A stretch of 64,000 nucleotides of DNA from Ruditapes philippinarum (taxonomy: Eukaryota). The stretch is taken from NCBI RefSeq assembly GCF_026571515.1, contig NW_026860903.1:248001-312000 (forward strand). Direction: 5' to 3'. This document shows positions 53,901-64,000 of the stretch, piece by piece; the first letter of the stretch is position 1, and every line of letters starts with the position of its first letter. The position numbers and the translations under genes were made by a program. The notes below the pieces were generated by a model. It was not told where the DNA came from. It searched no databases and was given only the letters and a program-made list of their open reading frames with translations.

Positions 53901-55324
53901 CTTTAAGTTCTATCATTTCAGTTATCTTATCTTCTTTATTGTTGTTTTGAAATAAGGTATTTTTCTATTCTTGGATCCATATGTGCAATTATCACATTAT
54001 TTCACTTGAAGAAAAAATATTTTTGATTAAAATAACACTTTAATATAACTTAACTATTTGATCTTTAGTACACATGGACTCATTAGGCAATTTTAATTTA
54101 AAGCATTCTTGTGATAACAATTAACTTTGAGTAACATGTTTTTTTTTGTTTTTTTTTGGGAATGAAAAATTGTTAAATTATTTAATGCTAGTATAGTGTT
54201 TTTGCGATATATGTCAAAAATTTTAATGGCCATTGAAATCAGAAAAATCTTTAAATTGAATTAGAAGCATTGGGACTTTTTCAATATTTGCCATGTAGAA
54301 TCATTTTTTGTGACTAAAATTCATATTATATAAATATAAACAAAACTTATGGAGAAGTTTCTGTGTTTAAATTGGCTGTTGTCAAAAAATATTTTAATGG
54401 TCCGATAAACAACTGATTAGTAAACTGTTGATGCTGAAGTGCAGTGTTTATACAACTGATTAAATAGTGGTGTCAAACTGTTAGTTGATGGTATCAGTGT
54501 TTATACAATGAGATAACACCACAATTACTTAAGTTTGTTTAATGGCTACTGTTTAATAAATTGATGTAGAAATTAATTTTAAAATATAATTTATTTTATA
54601 CACATGTTTCCCATTTCATTGTTTAAGACTTACAAAAAATAATCATTATATTTAATATATTGATATTTTTTTATTATTTGAATATTATTAATTGCTTTAC
54701 TGGTAGTGATACTAATACTTAAAGTATGTCTTTTTGTTCTTTTTATGTTATTCTATTTTTTTTTAATTTACTTTAAATAGAATTTTCTCATGTTGTTACA
54801 CTTATAATAAAAGTGATTTTTCAGAAATTTGTCTTTCATTTACACCTCTTTTAACTCAACCCATAATTAAATGAGTAATCTTCTAATAATTCGTATTAAC
54901 AATCGGGATACCATTGAAATCAACAAAATGAAACATTAAATTGAATTTCCTTTTTACTTTGTTTGATATTAATGAAATTAAAATTTGTTAACTTTCCTAC
55001 TAAACATCTCTAAAAATTGGGAGTGAAACGTCCATACAATTGACAAAATGGGAGTGAAACGTCTAGGTGTGAACCGTCTTGGGAGTGAAACGTCTCAATA
55101 GTGAAACGTCTTGGGAGTGAAACGTCTGACATTCCATGGGAGGTAACTCTTCAAGTCTTCAATTGAGTTTTAACCGATTGTTACGTTCAATGTTAGCGAA
55201 TGGTTTGAAACTAAATATATGAATGGAAACAGATGTAAATAACCTGTTTTATTAAAATACATGAATAAATACAACAAAATAATTAGCCCTTACTGCATTT
55301 CGCAACAAAGTTTATTGCTCCCAT
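47972..55324 (-). CDS. TXNDC15: Thioredoxin domain-containing protein 15 (exons 55294-55324 [alternative in-frame ATG 55348], 51027-52050, 47972-48183; one expected internal exon not found)
   Basis: Spliced signal peptide MGAINFVAKCSILLLLISNARSQ, long acidic region rich in N-glycan sequons, KVKFHC, thioredoxin segment [31 protein letters not shown]. Last exon has GPVPS..DYLLLVSWLFVIF (TM) and ends EHQHID, matching TXNDC15 family architecture. Confidence 0.88.
48333..49993 (-). mobile_element. HINE-like element with about 150-160 bp tandem units and a duplicated terminal segment
   Basis: Hairpin gtgtcc-ata-ggacac and gtgccccc at the left. gggggcac occurs three times (about 49410, 49448, 49981), with gacagacgga microsatellites before 49410 and 49981. 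Confidence 0.75.
50150..50514 (-). mobile_element. Truncated HINE (two units of about 165 bp), related to 8126-9368; similar relic at about 52200-52470
   Basis: aaggggcataattctgtcaa, (gacgcc/gacgcg)n and caatagctct...gaatagtcgagctaaaaa end. Confidence 0.75.
50781..51008. mobile_element. Palindromic MITE (GAG...CTC ends, 4 bp TSD atat; Sola-like)
   Basis: About 100 bp inverted arms gagccgcgtcatgacaaaaccaacat... / ...atgttggttttgtcatgacacggctc. Second copy at 58541-58767. Confidence 0.9.
52703..53035. mobile_element. MITE with CAGGG ends and 5 bp TSD
   Basis: TIR cagggccaaaa / ttttggccctg. Direct repeat tgttc at 52698-52702 and 53036-53040. Confidence 0.75.
53658..55135. mobile_element. Foldback/Mutator-like non-autonomous element with subterminal gacgtttcact arrays and 8-9 bp TSD
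   Basis: Multiple gacgtttcact(ccc) at the left, multiple (ggg)agtgaaacgtc at the right. (c)atgggagg duplicated on both flanks. Very AT-rich interior. Confidence 0.8.
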
Positions 55325-55352
55325 TTTATTGACACTCGCTGGTCGCATCCAT

Positions 55353-55547
55353 GTTGGATATCGAGCCAAGTTGACTATGCATCGGTGTTTCTGATTGGTC
55401 AATTAATATCAGTTCATGGGAAAAACCAATGATTGCTTTCGTGACGACCAAACACATGTGCTCAAAAGACACAGGGAAGGTAACACACCCACTGGACTTT
55501 ATTCATGAATTTTGTGAATTAAACGAGAGTATTAACTAGAATTTGAA
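55353..55547. promoter_or_regulatory. Probable bidirectional promoter shared by TXNDC15 and the ELOVL6-like gene
   Basis: About 200 bp between divergent start codons. Oppositely oriented CCAAT boxes attgg 55394-55398 and ccaat 55426-55430. E-box cacatgtg near 55453. Confidence 0.6.
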
Positions 55548-56363
55548 ATGGATAACTCACATCTTGATCCGGCAAATATGACATATTTCTTCCCATTCGA
55601 GAAAACTCACGATGAGCGTGCGTTTGATGACTACATGCATCAACACTGGGCTGACAGTTTTGTGTATTCCAGTGTGTACCTAATTGTGGTTTTTGGATGT
55701 CAACTTTATATGGCACATCGTAAGAGATTCGAATTAAGACCATATTTAGCACTTTGGAGTGGACTCCTTGCTATCTTCAGTATAATTGGCGCGATGCGTA
55801 CTATTCCAGAACTGATTTGGTCGTTGTCAATGGGGTTTGAATATTCTTGTTGCAGCAGCTCTTACATGGGACAAGGAAAGGTTACTAGCTTTTGGACATA
55901 TCTTTTTGTGGTTTCTAAATTGTTTGAACTTGGAGACACTATATTCATTGTCCTTAGAAAGCAGCCTTTAATTTTCCTCCATTGGTACCATCACATGAGT
56001 GTATTGGTATATTCGTGGTATAGTTATCATGAAAGAATTTCCACAGGCAGATGGTTCATCGTAATGAATTATTCAGTTCATTCAATGATGTACAGTTATT
56101 ATGCCCTTCGTGCCATGAGATATCAATTTCCTAAATGGGTGAATATGGCTATAACATCGCTTCAACTTGTACAAATGATTGTTGGCATTATTGTAAATAT
56201 TGTTGCATTTAATGCACTTAATGCTGGAAGAGAATGCAGCAGTAGTTACCAAAACATTAAATACTGCATGATCATGTATTTTAGCTATCTTGTGCTATTT
56301 TCACATTTTTTCTACACAACCTATATTGTTAAGAAGCCAGCAGTTCATGAAAAGAAACATTGA
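55548..56363 (+). CDS. ELOVL6: ELOVL6-like (ELOVL3/6 clade) fatty-acid elongase, single coding exon, 271 aa
   Basis: RFELRPYLALWSGLLAIFSIIGAMRT, FVVSKLFELGDTIFIVLRKQPLIFLHWYHH, MNYSVHSMMYSYYALRA, ITSLQLVQM, MYFSYLVLF and C-terminal lysines are ELOVL6-type signatures. Confidence 0.93.
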   Translation: MDNSHLDPANMTYFFPFEKTHDERAFDDYMHQHWADSFVYSSVYLIVVFGCQLYMAHRKRFELRPYLALWSGLLAIFSIIGAMRTIPELIWSLSMGFEYSCCSSSYMGQGKVTSFWTYLFVVSKLFELGDTIFIVLRKQPLIFLHWYHHMSVLVYSWYSYHERISTGRWFIVMNYSVHSMMYSYYALRAMRYQFPKWVNMAITSLQLVQMIVGIIVNIVAFNALNAGRECSSSYQNIKYCMIMYFSYLVLFSHFFYTTYIVKKPAVHEKKH

Positions 56364-58540
56364 TGACAGTTTTTTTTTAGATTTGGCATTTATTCAATTT
56401 GCATCATAGTGCTTCACAATATTCATTACCAGTGATATTGCAAAGACTTTTGTATTTAAAGTAACATCATTATATAATAAGGAACTTAATTACAAGAATC
56501 ACATTATAACATAAATGATTCTGAAGATACTGTGCAATTAGAAAGTGCTCAACATTTGACCTGAAAACACTTAAATGTGATATTAAACATGTTACCAAGG
56601 AGATAGACCACTGACAATAATGCATCAACCTAGCCAATTAGAACTTTTGAAACTCATCATGTGAAACTGGAAATGAAAATATAAAGAATTATAAAAATTT
56701 CCTTTGCAAATAAATTAAGGGACCAATATGATAGATTTTTTCCAGGGAATATAACTGTTTCAAATTGCAAGAAGAGCGTTGAAATTTAATATTGTAAGTG
56801 TTAGGAAATGAAAATGGATGTATAAGAAAAAGAAGGCTATTGCTTGAATAAGTTTTATACATTTTGAAGGTTTTATAAATTCAGTTATTTATTTAGTTAC
56901 ACAATTACATTTAATGTTTTAGACAGTAACTTACATTATTTTTTAACTTATTTAATGTACTTTTATGTACAACTAGGTCTTTGTTAGTTTACACATACGT
57001 CATGACATGTGTATATTATCAAATTTGTTATATCAGTATATCAGTATATATACATGTATGTGTTATATATCTGTTTATACATTATGTTTAATAATTCTAT
57101 CAAGGATTGAATACCTTTTTTAAGTTTTATTTTATTGTAGATCATGTTTTAAGAGAATTATGTTAAATGTTAAGGATTAGCATAAATTTCAGATTTGATA
57201 CATTGTCTACAAAACCAGAATTATCTATTCAAACATTGTTTGAATTTTTAACTGTTAACTTTGTTTGTTGTCAAATGATATGGTTCTCAATTTTAAAGAT
57301 CAATATAATATATATATATATAACTGTTTAAAAAATTATATATTTTAAAGTTCTAAATTTATTAGAGGAAATTAAATGTGAAGATTTTACCATGGGTTTA
57401 ATTACAGCTATGACTTTACCCAGTCCTTGTACATTATTACTTTATTATGATATGTTTAATAGTCAATCCATCTTTGTGTTCTGTAAGTTATTTTTCAAAA
57501 TAATCCATATGAGTCTGGTCGACCGTCTATTTAAGTGAAAGTTGTTTATCTAAAGTAGCTAGCTCAATCTAAATTTGTCACAGATTGGTTAAATGACTAA
57601 ATGTGTTTAATTATATACATGTACATGCAATAGTTCAAGTTGTGTCTTAAAATAGTTGATAGGAAGTATAACATTTTCTGATACATTAAAGCCAGTTTTG
57701 CCAAGAGGATTTTAATGATTTTAGTTCCATATTTATTTATCTTTCATTTACATATCATGTTCTATGGTATAATTATCTTCAGTTAACAGTCATAGTATTA
57801 TGGGTAGATAATGTTTAAAAGCATTATATATAATTTTAAATTGTGTCTGTGCATCTATTTTTAGTTGTTAGATATTGTGAAATTGAGTATTGGTGAGTTT
57901 ATAATACATGTACTTAAATTGGTTATATATGTATTTCTGTTCATCCAGGATTTTGATTTTATGAAGAAACTACATTGTATATATGTATGAGAAGTGGCAA
58001 AATTTGATGAGTATTCACAAAGTATGAGGCTTTCTGAATAAATTATTATATAGGTATTTCACCTGCTAGAACAGTTACATGACCTACTATTTGACCTTTT
58101 AAACTGCTTTTATTTTACATAATATTTGTCATGAAATAGTTTCAGTATTTACACAACCAGGCACATGATAGCCCTGATAAATGTTTGACCTGACCAAGTG
58201 CAGAACAGATTATACATTGTATTTAAACAATTCAATTTATTTCAATTTTATCTTTTTGCATTGGAAAATCTGGAAAAAAGAAGCAGTTAAAAACGAAACT
58301 TGACATGTTAAATTAGAATATTGGGTCTGTAGAGGAGATAATTGTAATGAAGTTAAAACTGTTAAATATGTACAGAAAATCACTATTTTGATAGTTAGGA
58401 CAAATGTACCCTACTGATAAGAAAACTTGGTCACCATGATCTTTACCACCCTGAGCTGGTGTGTATCAGTGTGGGACTTTTTTGATAAACTGTAGCTAGA
58501 TATTGATTACTGGAATACTTTTTGAAATACATGTACAAGT

Positions 58541-58767
58541 GAGGCGCGTCATGACAAAAGCAACATAATTGGTTTGCGACCAGCATGGATCTAGACCAGC
58601 CTGCGCATCCACACAGTCTGATCAGGATACATGCTGTTTGCTATCAGTTTCTCTACTTGTTACAGGGTTTGTAAGCGAAAAGCATGGATCCTGGTCAGAC
58701 TGCGCAGGCTGGTCTAGATCCATGCTGGTCGCAAACGCACTATGTTGGTTTTGTCATGACACTGCTC
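58541..58767. mobile_element. Second copy of the palindromic MITE
   Basis: Same arms as 50781-51008, with the loop in the opposite orientation. Flanks aagt/atgt. Confidence 0.88.
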
Positions 58768-59460
58768 ATGTAGTTTTTTTGATGACATTTACTTCTTTGT
58801 TCTAAAATATTACATCATAAAATGTACATAGAATGAAATGTTTGGTTTTAAAGAATAACAGACTCAAACATAGTGCTCAACTACAGGGTTGCCATGTAGC
58901 ATTTTTAAGTTAAACTGCACATGTATATGTTCAGTATTTTTTCTATACATTTCCAATCAAAATCTATTTGATGTTAAAACATGGTAATAAAAGTTGTTAG
59001 TGTTTTTTTTAATGGAAAATATTTATCAATTTTGTGTTTTACAGAACATTTTTTCTTAAATGTGTGTGTACTATGTACAGTACTATTTAGCAATTAATAC
59101 TTGTATGTATTGTTATACTTCATGCACTGTTTAGGAGACATTTGGTTCTACAAATAATGATCAATGGAAGAAGGTTCACTAGTCTCTGTATTTCATCCAT
59201 TATTCACATTAAGTTTATTGATTTTTGAGAAACCATTTTCTAAGGTGCATATTACCATTTGCTTTCATTTGGATGGGAGTATGGGAATCAATATTTATTT
59301 GTCTGGTTATTTCGCATCATTCCAGGACAGTTGTGAATTACACACAGAGCATAGTAATCCACTTTCTGGATATAGAGATCCTAACAAAACCAGTAAATAA
59401 CAAAACAAGTATATAATCAGCAAAAGGCATATTAATTGAAACTGTTCTGATGTATGTGAT

Positions 59461-61695
59461 CATAACATTGTTAGTGCACTGAGGTTATCCCAACATTGTT
59501 AGTGCACTAAGGTTATTGCTACCTTTTTTGTCAATACATCAAGGTTATCATAACATTGTTAGTGCATCAAGGTTACCGCAGCATTGTTATTGCACCAATG
59601 TTATCATATCATTGTCATTGCATCAAGGTTATCGCAACATTGTTAGTGCACCAAGGTTATTGCTATATTTATACCCCCACCACAAAATGTGGGGGGGGCT
59701 ATAATGGATTCGCTTTATCGCGTCAGTCGGTCGGTCGGTCGGTCCGTCCGTCTCCATTTTCGTGTCTGATCTATAACTCCTATACCACTTGAAGGATTTT
59801 CTTCAAACTTGGCTCAAATGTTCACCTCAGCAAAGGGATGTGTGGAACCCATGTTGCCCATGTGTCAGCTCAAGGTCAAGGTCACAATTGAAGGTCAAAT
59901 ATCAAACACAATCATATATTAGACAGTATGTCGTGTCCGCTCTGTAGGTCCTACAATAATTAAAAGATTTTCTTCAAACTTGGCTAAAATGTTCACCTCA
60001 ACAAGGGGATGTGCAGAACTCATGTTGCCCATGTGTCATTTTAAGGTCAAGGCCACAATTTAAGGTCAAATATCAAACAATCAAATATTACACAATATGT
60101 CATGTCCGCTCTGTAAGTCCTACACTAATTGAAAGATTTTCTTCAAACTTGGCTCAAATGTTCATTTCAACAATGGGATGTGCAGAACCCATGTTGCTCA
60201 TGTGTCAGCTCAAGGTCAAGGTCACAATTGAAGGTCAAGTATCAAACAATCAAATATTACACAGTATGTTGTGTCCGCTCTGTAAGTCCTACACTTATTG
60301 AAAGATTTTCTTCAAACTTGGCTCAAATGTTCACCTCAACAAGGATATGTGCAGAACCCATGTCACTCTTTTGCCGGCTTCAGGTCAAGGTCACACTTGA
60401 AGGTCAAAAATTGACTTAGAAAATGTTCTTTAATTTTAACATATATCTGAATATTTCTGAATCTAGGCAAGGTATTTGCTTGAAACTTAAAATATAAATG
60501 AAGTGACACAATTAAGATATGCTGGTCAAGTTTCATAACTCTGTATTGCATTTTAACAAAGTTATGCCCCTTTTTAATCTTCAAATTTACATACAATCAC
60601 ATATTAGACAATATGTTGTGTCCGCTCTATAAATCCTATACTAATGGAAGAACTTTCTTCAAACTTTTCTCAAATGTTCACCTAAACAAGGTTATGTGCA
60701 GAATCTATGTCACCTTTGTGCAGACTAAAGGTCAAGGTCAGACTTGAAGGTCAAAAAATGACTTAGAAAATGTTCTTAGATTAAAACATGTTCTTGAATA
60801 CTTCGGAAACTAGCATAGGTATTTTCTTGAAACTTAAAAGATATATGAGGTGTCACAATTACAATATGCAGGTCAAGTTTCATAACTCTGTATTGGATTT
60901 TGACAAAGTTATGCCCCTTTTTAAGTCTTTAAATTTACATACAATCAATACTAGACAATATGTTGTGTCCGCTCTATAAATTCTATACTAATGGAAGGAT
61001 TTTCTTCAAACTTTACTCAAATGTTCACTCCAATTGGGCGATGTGCAGAACCCATCTTACCCTTGTGCCAGCTGAAGGTCAAGGCCACACTTGAAGGTCA
61101 AAAATTGACTTATAAAAAGTTTAGTATATTGGGAAAATGAAAGGTTATTTGTAACTGTTTCGAACATGATTTGATAATAGATATTTTTACTATTATCTGT
61201 ACAATTAGTCTTTTTTTCACCAGAGATAATTTCTTTTTATGTATTTGTGTCACTTAAGTTATTCCCTTAACCACCTTTCCAAGTTGTCTTCTGTCAAGGA
61301 CATTGGTGGGGGTATGAATCGCATTCAGCGATAGTTCTTGTTTATTTTTGTCAATGCATCAAGGTTACTGCAACATTGTCATTGCACCAATTATCATAAC
61401 ATTGTTAGTGCACAAAGGTTATCATATCATTGTCAATGCATCAAGGTTAACATAAGATTGTCAATGCATCAAGGTTATCAGAACATTGTCAATGCATCAA
61501 GGTTATCATTACATTATCATAAGATTGTCAATGCATCAAGGTTATCACAACATTGTCAATGCACCAATGTTATCATATCATTGTCAATGTATCAAGGTTA
61601 TCATAACATTGTCAATGCATCAAGGTTATCACAACATTGTCATTGCACCAAGGTTATCGCAACATTGTTAGTGCACCAAGGGTATAACAGCATTG
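59461..61695. repeat. About 30 bp minisatellite (cataacattgttagtgcatcaaggttat) split into 59461-59665 and 61345-61695 by a HINE insertion
   Basis: The same unit occurs on both sides of the 59670-61342 element. Confidence 0.85.
59670..61342 (+). mobile_element. Complete HINE-like element with about 170 bp tandem units
   Basis: Perfect 12 bp inverted repeat atacccccacca (59671-59682) / tggtgggggtat (61304-61315), (gtcg)n microsatellite, hairpin atcgc-attca-gcgat (61318-61332), T-rich insertion site, recurring ttttcttcaaacttggctcaaatgttcacc. Confidence 0.88.
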
Positions 61696-64000
61696 AGAAC
61701 ATTCACCCTGTCTTTCACTTATTTTGTGAACATTTTAAGAAAACAAAGTACATACTTATTTATTAACCATTTAATACATGCAAAGATCTAAGGTAAGGGT
61801 AAAGGGGGAATTGACCCTCTTGGTATTTGTCTAGTACATGTATGCCAAATCCCTTCAACAAAGTTTTTTTGTAATGAAAATGTTTAATCATGGTAAAACT
61901 AGTGAAAATTTTAATCATGACCCCCTCTGGAATATGCATTTCCCCTAGTTAATTTTTAGACCCCCATCTGCCCAACCCAAACTCCCCTTCCCCCCCCCAA
62001 CCCCCCAACCCCCTTTGGAAAAAATCCTGGATCTTCACCTATATGATACATACACTATTAAGCAGTATTGTCCAACATACTAGGTTTCAGGTATTGAATT
62101 TTATTGTAATGGAAGATTAATGTCAGCAGAATATTAAAGAGAAATAGCACTGGCTATAATATTTAATGTACTTTATGGTGTATACATGTATAATACAACA
62201 TGACAACAACAGGGAAAACGGATGACAATGTAATATCTAGTTTGAATATATACAGAGAGTTTATACTTCCTGGGGTTATAGTGAGTGAACCTGTGACAAG
62301 ATCACGTACTTCCTGTATTAAGTACAATGAATTAAAATTATACAGGGTAAGTATAATGTCCAACATTTTTTCTAGGAATTAATGATTGAAAACCTTGTAC
62401 ATAGCATTAACATTTCCAGGAATAAGACTGAGAGAAAAGTAGGGTTAAATAGAAAAAAAAACACTTGTGAATTTTAGGAAATTTCACGATTCAGTTAAAT
62501 GGAGAATCTTTCAGCATCTTTATTGATCCAGGAAGAAATTCAAGAAATCGTGGTATAAACCATATTCACATGTCAAGTCTATGGCATTTGAATTATTTTT
62601 CCCCTCCCTCAATAACTAGATATATTTCTGAAGAAATGCAAATGATTCAATTTTACATTTTCTGAATTTGACCTGCCTTTATAACTGTATAATGTTTTTG
62701 TTTTTCTTTTTTCCAGAATTTAAAATCCAATTTAAATTTTCTATTTTATTCTATCAAGTGAGTAATACAATGTACTTTCTTTTGTAAGATATGGTAATAG
62801 GTAGAACAATGTTACATGTCTCCAGTGTGAGGTATAGAGAACTTGCCTTATTTGTTGCTTTTGTTGATGTAAAAATTAACATTTTAAGCACAATTTTATG
62901 AAACAATTACTTGCATATATATATAACTACTGCAAATTTTACAAAACATATAACCTTTGAAGTATGGAAGATATGTACATGTTTAAATGTACATGTCATG
63001 TATGAGTGTTTTTAAATATGGTGTGGAACTGTGGATGTATTTTATTGTAACATATTTTTTATGTGTCTATGTTTTATTGCAACATTCAGGGTAAAATTTG
63101 TCCCACCCTAATACTTAGATATCCACAACTTTAAAATTTTAAAGTATTACATGTGATCTGTATTATGGTAAATTTACATATGTGTGGGTGTATGATATTT
63201 TCATTATATAATGGATAAATTTCTTTGTTGAATTAATACACTATAATGTGATTAACTACTGCAAAAGTACATAGCATACATGTATATTGTATACTTACAA
63301 CTTTATATACATGATTATGTTCACATTTACCGCCTTATGATTTAGTAACAATATATTGTTGTTATTATTTTCTGCATCATTAGGAAAAAAATACTAGAAA
63401 ATGTTTTTAGAGCAAAATTATTTCATTTTGGTCACCTTTTTGTGTAATAGTTAAAAGTATGATTAACTTACGACTTCTTTGGGAATTTAGAAAGTGGCAT
63501 TTTGTGAAGATTTCCAGAAATTTAATGTTATTTGATACAATTCAATTAAATTGAAATCTTGAAGTTTTAAATCTCATTGATAAAATTTATCTGCTCTGAA
63601 CAAATTGGAATTTTAGTTTCACAGAATGTGAAGATTTTATTCTTCATGAATGCTTCACTGTGACAGAGTGGGGTAATCAATACCAGTCTGAAGCCATTCA
63701 CAAACACCCAATATGTATTAATCTTTTATAACATGGTCATGTTTTATTGTTGACAGGTCAATATCTCTACAAACAAATTATTCCCTGTAAATGACTAACT
63801 ATACAATTCATCTTACACTAACAGAGTATGGTGTCAAGAATTGTCAGTCATTATACTTAATCAAGAAAAAATTAATAAATGTGGAGAGCAATATTGTATT
63901 AATCAATATCTAGAGTATGCATAATCTAACATCCAAAGAAATATTATCACTTTAAAGCATAATCTAATTTCTTGTCAAAGTTTTAAGATGTATTTCAGGG

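Noticed and set aside
61338-61766. 142 aa His/Cys-rich ORF (also ORFs at 37691-37924 and 59516-60419)
   Set aside because: Translations of minisatellite or HINE tandem units.

Overview
AT-rich animal genomic DNA with spliceosomal introns. The repeat landscape suggests a mollusc, probably a bivalve (inference). Five protein-coding genes are present. (1) USO1/p115 vesicle tether on the minus strand, 20 coding exons traced from the ATG at 25434 down to 434, last exon off the left edge, with one U12-type minor intron. (2, 3) A divergently transcribed, two-coding-exon pair of atypical ELOVL fatty-acid elongases (35529-36847 minus; 42461-43587 plus). (4) TXNDC15 on the minus strand (47972-55324), in which an expected internal exon could not be found. 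(5) An intronless ELOVL6-like elongase (55548-56363 plus), head-to-head with TXNDC15 across about 200 bp. Introns and spacers hold many mobile elements: Helentron-associated (HINE-like) elements carrying roughly 150-170 bp tandem arrays, TIR MITEs with 2, 4, 5, 6, 8-9 and 9 bp target-site duplications, minisatellites, tRNA-Pro-like heads, and a near-full-length APE-type LINE with a hydrophobic leader, 2A-like motif and PHD finger nested in USO1 intron 1. Best candidates for something new: the three-elongase cluster with its unusual paralog pair, the leader plus 2A-like LINE, and the TXNDC15 exon gap. All coordinates were read by eye and may be off by a few bases; no database searches were run.
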